A stretch of 64,000 bases of DNA from the human T2T-CHM13v2.0 reference genome, Homo sapiens. Below the pieces are notes generated by a model. That model saw nothing but the letters and a program-made list of their open reading frames with translations. It was not told the DNA's origin and ran no database searches. The first letter of the stretch is position 1. Each line of letters starts with the position of its first letter. Location: NCBI RefSeq assembly GCF_009914755.1, contig NC_060933.1, one strand, 5' to 3'. The position numbers were made by a program, and so were the translations under genes. Below are positions 51,231-64,000 of the stretch, one piece after another.

Positions 51231-54200
51231 CAGCCATGAGGTCACTATTATCCTCATTTTAAAGATAAGAAGTGGTCCTAGAGAGCCTAATGAGGTCTCA
51301 CAAGTGGTACATGGCGGTGCTGATACTTCACCTCAAGCCTCTCTGACTCCAAAGTTCATGAGTTTTTCTCTATAGTAAGTGTAGGGCTGGAGACGAAATG
51401 GAGAGTCCACCACATAGAACTGATGACTGAAACATGAGGGAGGATGGATGCAAATTTCCAGGAAGAACATGGAAATAAAATAGAGGGGCTCAGGGGAGAA
51501 ATAAAGAACCAGAGGGCCTGGGGAGGGCCTAGAGTTAAAGGTGGAAGATGAATAGCCATTTGGGGAAAATAAGAGGAAAGGTTGAAGAGGAAGGAAGAAA
51601 GCCAGAGAACCAAGGCCCTGAGCAACCAAGGAAGCAGAAGGCTGGGGCGGCAGTTTCACAGTGGAGGAACACTGGCCTTGGAGTCAGGGAAGCTGGGTTT
51701 GGTTCTGAGCTCTGTCATTCTTTGATGACATGACCTTGATAGTTCTTCCACAGCTTGAACCTCATTACACTCATTTCCTGGTAAACAGAAAACATGCCCA
51801 GGTCATTGGTGGAGAACATCAGAGCCATTTATTTTCGAATACGGATACAGGTCATATTGACAGGGTTGTTCTGCAGGCTATGTACTCTAAGTTTAGAAAC
51901 ACTACTTGATAAAGTCTTGCTCTTTTAATAGTTTCCACTGCCTTGGATGTGGCCTGGGTATAGGAGTTGTAGTTTATGGTGCATGTCTTAATTCCGGATC
52001 ACTGTTTCTACCTCTATTTACAAAACAGTTGTGAAATAGTCAAAGGCAGGGAGAGGTCAAGCTATTTCCTCCTTTAATTCACTGCAGAATAGAGAGGCTG
52101 TGATCTATCAGAATATACCCACACCTAGAATGGGTCTGTGACACTGGACAACTTCAGCTGTCCACCTGTCTCCCTGCACTCCTCTCTCTTTGGAAGCCTC
52201 TGCCCATGGACTTGACTAGTGAGTTCCTTTCTGTTCCTTAGGAGAAGGTGCTGTTATTGCATTGGCCCTGTCTGTGATATTGTGCAGTACTCTGCACATT
52301 TATAACTTGCATAAATATTGAATAATAATAAATAACTACAAGAGAGGAAGAATATTATAGGCTGGGGAGAGTGAAAGATGCTGAATTCATTATTTGAGGG
52401 CCAATCTCAGGCCTCTTGGCTATCTCCTTCAAAGAGATTTGTTTGCCAGCTGTGTTGAGAAATATACTTTCCATATGATGAGCCCAGAGAAGCAGCCAGT
52501 TTCCCTACAGAATGCTTTTGGAGTATCCCCAGGAGGGCCTGCAGAATCCTTAGTGGTGTTTCTGAGAGAATAACCCCTCACGCCTCCTTGGCAACTGGGT
52601 TAGTGGAAAGCCCTGGGGAGAATGGCTGTAGCAAGATGGTGAAATTAGGGGAATGGGCTAGATCCTTTTTACTTCATTTTGTTTTCTGATTCCATGTGCA
52701 AGCAGGGAAGCTTTCCAACCATTTTATGGATGCATCATTGGCTGAGAAGGTCACTTGCTTTTCACTCACAATGATCTTGGCTCAAGGAGGGCATTTCTTG
52801 TTTAATACGTAATCCAGGTTCAATGTGTCAATCAGATGCTATCTCCTCCATCTGAAGACTTTTTTTTTTAATTTGATGTTTATGAATGAGTTAAGGCAGA
52901 CAACTGAATTCTTAAATTTGAGGTATGGTAAAATATTGGGTAAATATTTACAGAGCTGGGAGACTGGAAATACTGTAATAAAAAAGGGCAATATGCAAAC
53001 CAGTTGGGCTCACATCCTTTGTAGTTCTGACTGGCTGCAGCCCAGCCCAGCAACGGGAGTGTTTAGTAAATAAAACTAATACCTCCTTTATAGCATGATC
53101 AATGTCTGCATGTTGTACTGAAAATGCTTCCATTGAACAGATTGGTTTGGTTTCATTCACTCAGAATTTCACATTGTATTCATCTTGTGATGCGAGAGAG
53201 GTTTTCCCAAAATCTTGAAGAAACAAGAACTACTACTTGCCTTGCTCATGTGTTCCTTAGCCTTATATGTCAGTGAGCCCTTGCGATCACCCACCTAGCT
53301 GGTGAAACCCAGTGGGAGCAGGAGGAGGTGGAAGGTGAGCTGGACCGAAGTCAAAAGCAGGGGATAAAGGTGGGTAGAAGTTGCAGTTTTAAGAACAGCA
53401 GCTTAATTATGGTCTTCTCAAGATATCAGGGCTTTGGAAACCCCAGTGTGGATTTGGTTCCCACTGGTAGCTGGTAGCAACTGGCAGCACAACTATACGA
53501 AGTGGGAGACTTTTTCCAGAGACCAAGAACTGTTTGCAACTGAAGACTTGGAGATCAGATTTTAGGATTGCAGCTTTTTTTCTAACAAACAGTAAATGAT
53601 ACAGGATAAAAACTTTTCTAACTTGTGTCTCAACTACCCTGCTCTCCTTAAAGAAAGACTCTTAAGCAGATACTGTGGGACCCTTTTCTTATCCTAGAAG
53701 ACTCATGCCTGTAAGTGAACTAGGGAGATGTAGAAGGGGCCCTCTCTAATCACTCTGTGTAGGAGGACTGACCAAAGAAACCATGACTGTTTCACACAGA
53801 GAAGAAAATGATTGTCCCTAGCTAGGCCTTAGTTGCCTTCAAATGTTTGAAGAAATATTACAGGGGAGAGAAATCTCTCTTTCAGAAAGGCCTTTCCTGA
53901 CTTTCTTAACTTATGATAGGCCTCTCCTGTATATCTATCTGCCTTTGGTTGGTTTCCTTCATAGCAATTCTTATGATTTGCACTTATTTTATTCCTTAGT
54001 TTGTTTACTTTTTACATTTACTTCCCTTTCAGGAGAACAGGGATCATATTTATATAATTTATATGAATATGTTTTATTATATCACAATTCACTTCTTTCT
54101 CTTTAGCCCTGGGTGTGGTACTGCACATAGTTAACGTTCAGTAAATATTCGAGCAAAGGATGAGTAAGAAGGACAGCCCTGGAGACCCAGAGTGACGCTG

Positions 54201-57200
54201 TTGTTCCTGAAGGGACAGACTGATCTGAGGGTGTCTGCTTTCTGTCCCAGAGTTACAAGTTGCTCCTAATTCCACTACTAATCCTGCCAGTTGAAGTATA
54301 ATTTCCCGCTGTGGGTCACCTGGGGGATCAGTAAGAAAAAAATCAGTGAGTTGATACAAATTTTCATTATGTATTATGTACATAAAAAGTAACATAAACT
54401 TAAGAGTGTATCTTAAGAATAATTTTCTTTTTTAAAAAAATAGAAGCCAGAATGTAAAAAGTCTCTCCCTCACCCACCCCTGCTCCTCTCTAAATACACA
54501 CAAAGAAAGAGTGGGCAGTTCCTCTTCACTTTCAGTTATTACTGGTAGACAGCATCGGATTGTAACTCCAGCCTGCAATCAAGCAGACTTTGCACCTGAA
54601 ATGCGAGCTACTTGGTGAGATGCTGAAGAGTTGGTTATCTGTCAGTTAGCTTCCTTGGGTTAATATGACAAGGGGCTTCCACTATGTTGTGAAGCAAAAC
54701 AATGACAGTGACAACCCTATTCCCCCCACAAAAAAACAAAGATAGTCTTCAGTAAAACAGTTCTCTGCCCCTAGCTGTTTGTTAATTTCAAATGTATGAC
54801 ATGATCTCTTCCAAACCAGACGTTTGAAGAAACTGAGGCTTTGTTGAACCAGAATTGTGCTATCTTTCTCAAAGCAACAATTTTGTGAGAGTTCTTTGAT
54901 TGAATGGTATATCATGGAAGCATCCTCTATATGGGTTCAAAACTCAGGTCCCCAACCCTGCCTTTGACAGATGCATTTTCAGTAATCCAAGAAATGGCTC
55001 CGCTTCATCACATACCACAGAATTGAAGGGCAGCTTCTAATAGTTACTCTGCCCCCATATGCATGCCAAGGGAGTTTCTCAACAGCGAGTAGAACACAGG
55101 AAACACAAGTTGTGTAGCACTTGAAGATCTGACTGAACCCATCAATGTTTATTCTGGATGCAGAAGTTACATCAGTTTTCTTCCTGAAAATGCAAGAAAA
55201 CAACATGCACATTCTGCAAAAGAAAAAGCCACTGAACAGTCAGTGGAATAAAGTCCAAAGTCCGGGGCCTGTGGCAAGAGTTTTCAACACTGGTATAAAG
55301 GACTCTCATTATTTTCCTCACTACAGATTCCAGAAATTTAGCCACATTTTGAATTCAAGACAACATGCCCAGAATAGTCCAGATTGACAGCTCTTCCTAA
55401 GCGGCCCATTGGAGGTCATGTTCTCAAGTGTTTGGTCAATATTCAAGAAAGATACCATCCTACTATTACAGGAAAATGGCAGCTGTCTCTCCTCTTCCCT
55501 GTCCGCTAAAGGGAATTTGGTATTGTCTTCTGGGTCCCTCATGCCTTCTTCACTGGGCAGATTCTGGATAATGGATGAAGGGAGGAACTGAGGAGAATCA
55601 AGACAGGCTTCATTTGATTTTCATTAGAAAGCACCAGAGAGAGATATATACAAAAAGGGTGAAAAGGTGAAGAATCATTGAAGTTGATGTGACCAGATTT
55701 GGGGGAGAGTTAGAGTGGAGAAATAGTGAGTTTTGGGGGAACAATTCCTCTTACCGTGAGAAGTAAGGAGGCATAGAAAGAGGATTGTAACAATTTGGTC
55801 ATACCTATGAATGAATCTTTCTTTGACATTTTTTCAAGATATTGCACTACAGTACCACATAGCTCTACAATAACTTTTGGATCCCAAGCTGATTGATATT
55901 TGAATGCAAATCCAGGTCCAAACTGGGTCACATGGTAGCTAGGTTTTTTAAGGGTTGCACAGTTATAAACATACATGTGAATGTGCACAGTCATTCTATT
56001 CTGGACAAGATCCCATGCATCACTGCAGGGAGGAGGCACAAAAATCCTCTTCATTAGGAAATAGATCAAGATTCAAGACATTGCTGTCACCATGACAGCC
56101 TAATTTGATATTTTCATTTTCTCAGAGTCAGTGAAGGACCTGAACTTTCATTGAGGCAGTCAGTGCTATTCTATTTGGTTTTCTGTATTATCCCAGTTGT
56201 TTTAAAAGTTGGAAATACACTTCATGCTGTAAAGGAAAAAATATTAATATTTTTAAAGGAGACTCAACCATCTAATTAAACCAAATGGCTTTAAAGTAAT
56301 CATTCTTTAATCGGTGGGCCAAACAAATTCTGCTAGTAAGATGACGTTAAAAGTGGATGATAAAGAAGTCAAATAGCCACAATATTAAAATTGCTAGGAC
56401 TTAGCAATCTATCAATTCCTTATCGGTTTCTTGCAGCAGGCAGGGGGCAAGTTTTGGTGAAGACCTTTTGGGAAGTTTTTTGTTTTTTATGCCATTAAAA
56501 TTTCTTTTGCCTATGACATTTTTAAAGACTTTATGGGAGTTCCATTTTCTAGGATTTCAGAGTAGTGCCATTTATTAATGCTTTACTGGCATGATATTAG
56601 GAGAGGATACAATTCTCAAAAGAGCAGTAAATCTTACCTCAGATATTTTAGTTGGGGTTACAAAATCCCCATAAATCTAGAACTTCCAGTGCTAAGTTCT
56701 TGGCCTACTTCTAAAATGCTTTGGAATTAATTGCTCCCCAATGTGAGGTAGATTCAACCTCTTGGGATGTATTCCAAAATCAGTGCAAGTCCTTCTGGCT
56801 TCCCATGGCTTCTCAATATCTATTCTATATTCCTTCCATTCAGTTCCGTCACTGATGAATCCTTTAATGTCTACCATCCATCAAAATGAGCATCACTTAC
56901 CACTTCATATCTTTTATGTTCTGACTTAGCATGTAGGGTCTTTGCCTAGCCTCAAAATACCAGATCCTACAATGTATTTGTCATCTTTACTGTATGTTTA
57001 GCATTTAAAACGCACTGGGGTAAAATGCATGGCAAATTTCCAAGACCAGTAAAAGGGAAGATCATCTCAGAATGATTCCAAGTCCTCTACTCCCATTTAT
57101 GTCTTAGATCTCCATTTTGTTGGTCACTGCTTTATATCAATTATTTATAAAACTAGGGTTTTCTAGGCACTATGTTTCCTAGTAAAGTTTCCTCATTCAG

Positions 57201-57794
57201 CTCAATCAAACCTAATGCATTTGTGTTTAGGAACCCAAATTAAGAACCACTGTGTCTTTCCACTTTGAGCAAAGGAACAAACTTAGAAGAATGATACAGT
57301 CTACTGAGCATGCCTAGAGAAGTGGATGAATAGAGGGGATTTATCAGTAAGACTTTACAGGTTTGTTATTTGTCAACCTGTCATTCCATTTGCAACAACA
57401 GTCTTCCCTGGTTTATGTAAATCACAAATGTCATAACATCTCCACCCTTATGAAGACTTCATTGTGACTTCAATTATGATTTTTAAATTGAAAAAGAATA
57501 GATTAGAGATACTGCTCTGTTAACATTTGTGCTTAGCTCATTTTAATCACAAGGGCAAGTCTTTGCTGGTTAGTCTGGGTTAGGTTACAAATCTAGAAAA
57601 ATTTCTGGAATTATATATTCAGATATGCTTTTTATATTTTCTTCTGGAGCCCTCTTAGAGTTATGTTTGAGCTTCTTGATGTATATTTTATACATTAGCT
57701 TCTCTTTCGTAATTCTCACCTCTTTGTCTTTCTGTGTTGCGTTCTGTGCGATTGAATCAATAGTATCTTCCAACTTACTAAATATTTATTTTCT

Positions 57795-57926
57795 TTTCTT
57801 ATTTTTTTATTTTTAGAAGTAGGGTCTCACTGTCACCCAGGCTAGAGTGCAGTGGTACTATCATAGCTCACTGCAGCCTGAAACTCCTGGGCTCAAGTGA
57901 TCCTCCCACTTTGGCCTCCCGAAGTA
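57795..57926 (-). mobile_element. Truncated AluJ/FRAM right arm, next to an old L1 ORF1 relic (~57500-57790)
   Basis: 'agggtctcactgtcacccaggctagagtgcagtgg...ctcctgggctcaagtgatcctccc'. Confidence 0.85.
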
Positions 57927-58899
57927 TGTAGTGACATTATCCTCCTCTCTGAAATTTTTAGCCATTAAAGGTAGTAAGGTAATAGTGTTCTGGTTGCTTG
58001 GCCAGAAATCTGAACCTCAATTTAGGGATAGGGTAAGAAACTTATGACACAGCATATGACTTCTTCAAAACTGTGTATTGAGTAGGTGTAAAGGTAATAA
58101 TTTTATATACACTAGGTTTTCTGGCTTCTTTGAATACAGTCATTCATAATCCTGCAAAGTTGATTATAAGTTTTCCTATCTCACATAACAAGCGTTCAAA
58201 TGAGTCGCCTCTGGTTCCATTATTTCTTGGGTTGGATTCCTACCTTGTGACACTGTGAGGATTCTCCCTATAATTTCCACTAAATAGTGATGTATGTAAG
58301 CAAGAGTGTGTTAAGCGATTGTGGCCAAATGGGTGTGTGAAGCAAAATGTGGCCCTTCGTTATACATAACCACTGCTCATTCTCCCTCGCTTCTTCTGTA
58401 AATCATCAGTAGCAGCTTGATTCCATTCAAAACTTCAATGAGGTGAAAGAAATAGACTATCCATCCAGCTCAAAGCCCTGAAAGAGCAGAGAGTTGAATA
58501 TGCGAAATGCATGAGAGAGAGAGTGAGATCCTTCATCCCTTTGGGGGAGATCAGGGAGCCTTAAAAAAAAGCTATTTTGTTTATTATTAGATTAGATGTT
58601 GCATTAAATACATTAAATTGGGGGGTGGAAAAGTAGGCATGCATATTGTTGCAAATGTATTGTTGCAAAACACATTAAGTAGTGACAGGCACACTTTGTC
58701 TTTGGAACCTCCAGGCTCTTTCCTACCCCAGCCTCTAGTGAGAAGGGCACCTTTCTCTGTCCTCAGTATGCACACCTGAACCATAGAGTCTGATTTTCAC
58801 CTTTCATTCTATCTACTTATAAGGTGGGGCTGGTAGAGTTATTGAAAACAAATGCTCGGGACACATGGAGCCTTCCATCAGCAGAGGTCTGAATTCTGG

Positions 58900-59330
58900 A
58901 GCATAATCTGGCTCCTGCATACCTGTTTATCCTCCTGAACTGCCACACACTCTCTGAACTTCATGCTGTAGAACTAAACTCTCTCATAATCGCAGGTGTC
59001 TGTTCATACACTTTGTTCACGGTCTTCAGACTTCACTCCCACCCTTCACATCCCCACACCAGTCTGGCAGACACAGTCTGGCAGCACTTGTCCTTCAAGT
59101 GTGCCCCAAGCACTACTTTTTCCAAGAAGTTTCCCCTAATTCCACTGGGTGGATAGAGGCTCTGTCCCTCATATGCACCTGGCTCATTGCAGTCGCCACT
59201 TCTAGTATGACTTTGCCTGTTGGTCTGGGCCCTCAGTAAGGACAAGACTATGCGGCCTCACCTTTTTTCCTCAGGGGATAACACAAAGCCTATCCCTGGT
59301 AGTCAATACAATACTTGCTGAATGAGTGAC
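58900..59330 (+). mobile_element. L2 3' fragment
   Basis: Ends 'gtagtcaatacaatacttgctgaatgagtga', the L2 tail signature. Confidence 0.6.
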
Positions 59331-60429
59331 TGTGAGCCATGACATCCGGAGGAACTGCCAATGTGACACATCAGAGCCAGAGATTGACTTTCAGAGAAGA
59401 GGTGAGAAGGGAACCAAACCTCCAGCTCAACTGTTTACTTTTGTCATGTCACAGGCATCTCAACATCTCAGGCATAACTTAGCATAGTACAACGAGCACC
59501 AGAGAGAGATGGATTCAGGTTATTGGTAAAGAAGCAGCTGAAATTGGGTTCAATTTTGATCCAATAGTCTCAGTTTACCAAATACTAAGATTAAATGTTT
59601 ACCAGATACTGAGACTTTTTTTTTTAATTATACATTAAGTTTTAGGGAACATGTGCACAACGTGCAGGTTTGTTACATATATATACATGTGCCATGCTGG
59701 TGTGCTGCACCCCTTAACTCATCATTTAACATTAGGTATATCTCCTAATGCTATCACTCCCCCCTCCCCCCACCCAACAACAGACCCAGTGTGTGATGTT
59801 CCCCTTTCTTTGTCCATGTGTTCTCATTGTTCCATTCCCACCTGTGAGTGAGAACATGCGGTGTTTGGTTTTGTGTCCTTGTGATAGTTTGCTGAGAATG
59901 ATGGTTTCCAGCTTCATCCATGTCCCTAGAAAGGACATGAAGTCATCATTTTTTATGGCTGCATAGTATTCCATGGTGTATATGTGCCACATTTTCTTAA
60001 TCTGGTCTATCATTGTTGGACATTTGGGTTGGTTCCAAGTCTTTGCTATTGCGAATAGTGCAGCGATAAACATATGTGTGCATGTGTCTTTATAGCTGCA
60101 TGATTTATAATCCTTTGGGTATATACCCAGTAATGGGATGGCTGGGTCAAATGGTATTTCTAGTTCTAGATCCTTAAGGAATCGCCACACTGACTTCCAC
60201 AATGGTTGAACTAGTTTACAGTCCCACCAACAGTGTAAAAGTGTTCTTATTTCTCCACATCCTCTCCAGCACCTGTTGTTTCCTGACTTTTTAATGATTG
60301 CCATTCTAACTGGTGTGAGATGGTATCTCATTATGGTTTTGATTTGCATTTCTCTGATGGCCAGTGATGATGAGCATTTTTTCATGTGTCTTTTGGCTGC
60401 ATAAATGTCTTCTTTTGAGAAGTGTCTGT

Positions 60430-61290
60430 TCATATCCTTTGCCCACTTGTTGATGGGGTTGTTTTTTTTTTCTTATAAATTTGTTGGAGTTTGTTGTAGA
60501 TTCTGGATATTAGCCCTTTGTCAGATGAGTAGATTGCAAAAATTTTCTCCCTTTCTGTAGGTTGCCTGTTCACTCTGATGGTAGTTTCTTTTGCTGTGCA
60601 GAAGCTCTTTAGTTTAATTAGATCCCATTTGTCAATTTTGGCTTTTGTTGCTTTACACATGAAGTCCTTGCCCATGCCTATGTCCTGAATGGTATTGCCT
60701 ATGTTTTCTTCTAGGGTTTTTATGGTTTTAGGTCTAATATTTAAATCTTTAATCCATCTTGAATTAATTTTAGTATAAGGTGTAAGGAAGGGATCCAGTT
60801 TCAGCTTTCTACATATGGCTAGCCAGTTTTCCCAGCACCATTTATTAAATAGGGAATCCTTTCCCCATTTCTTCTTCTTGTCAGGTTTGTCAAAGATCAG
60901 ACAGTTGTAGGTACGTGACATTATTTCTCTTCTCGAGGAGTATCTTTGTGGTGTTCTCTGTATTTCCTGAATTTGAATGTTGGCCTGCCTTGCTAAAATG
61001 GGGAAATTCTCCTTGGTAATATCCTGCAAAGTGTTTTCCAACTTGGTTCCATTCTCCCCGTCACTTTCAGGTACACCAATCAGATGTAGATTTGGTCTTT
61101 TCACATAGTCCCATATTTCTTGGAGGCTTTGTTCATTTCTTTTTTTTCTTTTTTCTCTAAACTTCTCTTCTCGCTTCATTTCATTCATTTCATCTTCCAT
61201 CACTGATACCCTTTCTTCCAGTTGATTGAATCGGCTACTGAGGCTTCTGCATTCGTCACATAGTTCTTGTGCCGTGGTTTTCAGCTCCAT
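60430..61290 (-). pseudogene. In-frame L1 ORF1::ORF2 C-terminal fusion ORF (286 aa)
   Basis: ORF track: ...[11 protein letters not shown] (ORF1) | [16 protein letters not shown]... (ORF2). Two stops (TAG, TGA) lie between the native ORF1 ATG and this ORF, and a frameshift lies near its end. Confidence 0.85.
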
Positions 61291-62135
61291 CAGGTCCTTT
61301 AAGGACTTCTCTGCATTGGTTATTCTAGTCAGCCACTTGTCTAATCTTTTTTCAAGGTTTTTAACTTCTTTGCCATTGGTTCAAACTTCCTCCTTTAGCT
61401 CGGAGTAGTTTGATCGTCTGAAGCCTTCTTCTCTCAACTCATCAAAGTCATTCTCCATCTAGCTTTGTTCTGTTGCTGGTGAGGAGCTGCATTCCTTTGG
61501 AGGAGGAGAGGAGCTCTGATTTTTAGAATTTTCAGTTTTTCTGCTCTGTTTTTTCCCCATCTTTGTGGTTTTATCTACCTTTGGTCTTTGATGATGGTGA
61601 CATACAGATGGGGTTTTGGTGTGGGTGTCCTTTCTGTTTGTTAGTTTTCCTTCTATCAGTCAGGACCCTTAGCTGCAGGTCTGTTGGAGTTTGCCGGAGG
61701 TCCAGTCCAGACCCTGTGTTCCTGGGTATCAGCAGCGGAGGCTGCAGAACAGCAGATATTGGTGAACAGCAAATGTTGCTGCCTGATCGTTCCTCTGGAA
61801 GTTTTGTCTCAGAGGAGTACCCGGCCATGTGAGGTGTCAGTCTGCCCCTACTGGGGGGTGCCTCCCAGTTAGGCTACTTGGGGGTCAGGGACCCACTTGA
61901 GGAGGCAGTCTGTCTGTTCTCAGATCTCAAGCTGTGTGCTGGGAAATCCACTACTCTCTTCAAAGCTGTCAGACAGGGACATTTAAGTCTGCAGAGGTTT
62001 CTGCTGCCTTTTGTTTGGCTATGCCCTGCCCCCAGAGGCGGAGTCTACAGAGGCAGGCAGGCCTCCTTGAGCTGCAGTGGGCTCCACCCAGTTCAAGCTT
62101 CCCAGCTGCTTTGTTTACCTACTCAAGCCTCAGCA

Positions 62136-62363
62136 ATGGCAGGTGCCCCTCCCCCAGCCTTGCTGCCACCTTGCAGTTCAATCTCAGACTGCTGTGCTAG
62201 CAATGAGCGAGACTCCGTGGGCATAGGACCCTCTGAGCCAGGCGTGGGATATAATCTCCTGGTGTGCCATTTGCTAAGACCGTCGGAAAAGCTCAGTATT
62301 AGGGTGGGAGTGACCCGATTTTCCAGGTGCCGTCCATCACCCCTAGGAAAGGGAATTCCCTGA
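62136..62363 (+). CDS. L1 antisense ORF0 homolog, open (75 aa)
   Basis: gcaATGG strong Kozak; MAGAPPPALLPPCSSISDCCASNERDSVGIGPSEPGVGY...RVGVTRFSRC matches primate L1 ORF0. Expression is unknown. Confidence 0.65.
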   Translation: MAGAPPPALLPPCSSISDCCASNERDSVGIGPSEPGVGYNLLVCHLLRPSEKLSIRVGVTRFSRCRPSPLGKGIP

Positions 62364-63334
62364 CCCCTTGCACTTCCTGGGTGAGGCGATGCCTCGCCCT
62401 GCTTTGGCTCAGGCTCGGTGCACTGCACCCACTGTCCGACAATCCCCAATGAGATGCACCTGGTACCTCAGTTGGAAATGCAGAAATCATTCATCTTCTG
62501 CGTCGCTCACACTGGGAGCTGTAGACTGGAGCTGTTCCTATTCGGCCATCTTGGCTCCACACCCAGATACTGAGACATTAAAACTCGTTAGCAGGCAGGC
62601 AACATCTAATCTAATAATTAACAAAAAAGCTTTTTTCCCCTAAGTTGTTGAAACATTTGGGGCAGAAGTCCCCTCCCTCAGTTATTTCTAGCTCCTGTTC
62701 CTTTCTTTTGCTTGCCAGTGTTGACATTTAACTTGGTTGAGTCACATTTGGAAACACTGTCACAGGTGGGTACTGTTTAGCACAGAGTTTCCACTGGTCT
62801 ACATCCAAAAAGATTATGGATAACCAAACTCTGAGTTGCAAGAGGAAGGATGTGTCCCTAAAATCTCCATTTTCATAGCAATCTTCCTGGAATCAGAGAC
62901 AGGGCTGTGCTGTCTAGCCTCTATGCTGGGTGGGTGCCCCATCCCCTGCTTTGGAAAAAGACTCCAGAAGCATGAATGTGATTTTAGGATCCAAGTGGGC
63001 CTCTGCACAGAGACTTTCTCAATTTGGCATTGCTGGGGTTAGAGGGTCAAGGTGATCAAACCTGCAGCTCACTTGTGATATTTGCTGGCAGAAACAAGGG
63101 GATGTTGGCTTGCTTCTGCAGTTGTTGTGGATTTTTAGGAAAGCTTTCAGAATGTGGAAAATAATTCTGCCTTCATTTTCCCTCACTTGTATCTTCACTT
63201 TGCTTTACTTATAGTTTAGGTATGATATTTATCAAAAAACATTAGTTCTAGTTTTAAAAAATGTGTTAAAATTTGCCTCTCTTGTCATACATATTTTTAA
63301 AATGTCCCTAGCATATTAGAACAAAAATATTAAA

Positions 63335-63500
63335 GCTTGAAGGCCCCCAGAGATCATCCAGTTTTTCAGCCTCTTTATAGATAGGGAAACTGAGGGCTGG
63401 AGGTACTGTGACTTCTGGGATATCATTTGATAGCATTGTGATTCTAAAAGTGCGATGATCTTGGTCTCTCTTGTCAGACTACAGAGCTCTTTTTAGTTTA
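63335..63500 (-). mobile_element. MIR3/MIR fragment
   Basis: 'gaaggcccccagagatcatccag...tttatagatagggaaactgagg'. Confidence 0.65.
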
Positions 63501-64000
63501 CCAGGTCACCTGATATGTTTGTGGTCATAGAAAGTCTTAGGTCACAATCTCTGTGAAACAGAGCTCTTCAAAAATATTTAATTAAATCAGTTTGTACTAC
63601 AAACAAATGAGTGTTCTCTCAGAGTGTAACTTCCCTTTAGTTTTCATTTATGGTCTTTGCAGCAATAAATATATCTGTACAATAGCTAGGCAGTCTCAAA
63701 GAAAATATTTTTAGTGGAAATAAATTATTTTTCTTCCACCAATTTCCCTAGGTGAGACTGAATTGAGAATAAGGAAAATAGAGAGGATGTCTGCAAGCCT
63801 GTGTGTATTCCATATAGGAATATGGAGAGTGATTCTGTGGTTGATAATTATGCTGCCTTATTTTCTGACAGACCGAGTTTCAGGTCCTAAAAATGTAATA
63901 TAATCATCAATCTGAAACCTTTTTACAGCATTTGTCAAATTCATCTCTTTTTTTAAATTCAGAAAAATCAATTTTTGATGGATAGAAATCTCAAGGCCCA

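Larger units (their letters stand above)
59616..62562 (-). mobile_element. L1PA5-like element with both ends intact but ~3.2 kb internal deletion
   Basis: Complete 5'UTR with YY1 site (ggccatcttgg, ~62544), ORF1 ATG at 61560, junction at 60926/60927, ORF2 C-terminus, 3'UTR and polyA. 14-bp TSD ccagatactgagac at 59602-59615 and 62563-62576. Confidence 0.95.

Noticed and set aside
54972-55194. 11-bp inverted repeat tgcattttcag/ctgaaaatgca as MITE TIRs
   Set aside because: No TSD and no transposon-like interior. It is short enough to be chance, and one arm is the candidate splice acceptor.
60920-60935. L1 internal deletion as a canonical spliced-L1 product
   Set aside because: The acceptor side fits AG, but the donor side continues CAAC rather than GT.

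Overview
This is AT-rich human (hominid) genomic DNA that looks intergenic or deep intronic, and roughly half of it is recognisable interspersed repeat. I see no recognisable host protein-coding gene, RNA gene or CRISPR array. Nearly all long ORFs in the track come from L1, ERV or Alu. The main structures are: (1) an ancient near-complete ERV-L provirus (LTR16-type LTRs, gag-pro-pol remnants) with both LTRs and a 5-bp TSD at 14892-21005; (2) a decayed full-length L1PA8-like element (+, 30.8-37.2 kb); (3) a twin-primed, 5'-inverted L1PA3-like insertion (45.0-48.6 kb) carrying a pristine human-specific AluYa5; (4) an L1PA5-like element (-, 59.6-62.6 kb) with both ends and its TSD. Element 4 has lost about 3.2 kb internally, which fuses ORF1 in frame to the ORF2 C-terminus, and it still keeps an open antisense ORF0. 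Also present are a MER41B solo LTR with GAS motifs, a HAL1, a full-length MER45B, many MaLR/L2/MIR relics, and several splice-site-bounded candidate lncRNA exons on both strands. Repeat subfamily names come from my recall of consensus sequences and need RepeatMasker/Dfam confirmation. I found no convincing novel biological system; the findings are mostly unusual retrotransposon architectures and regulatory or exon candidates.
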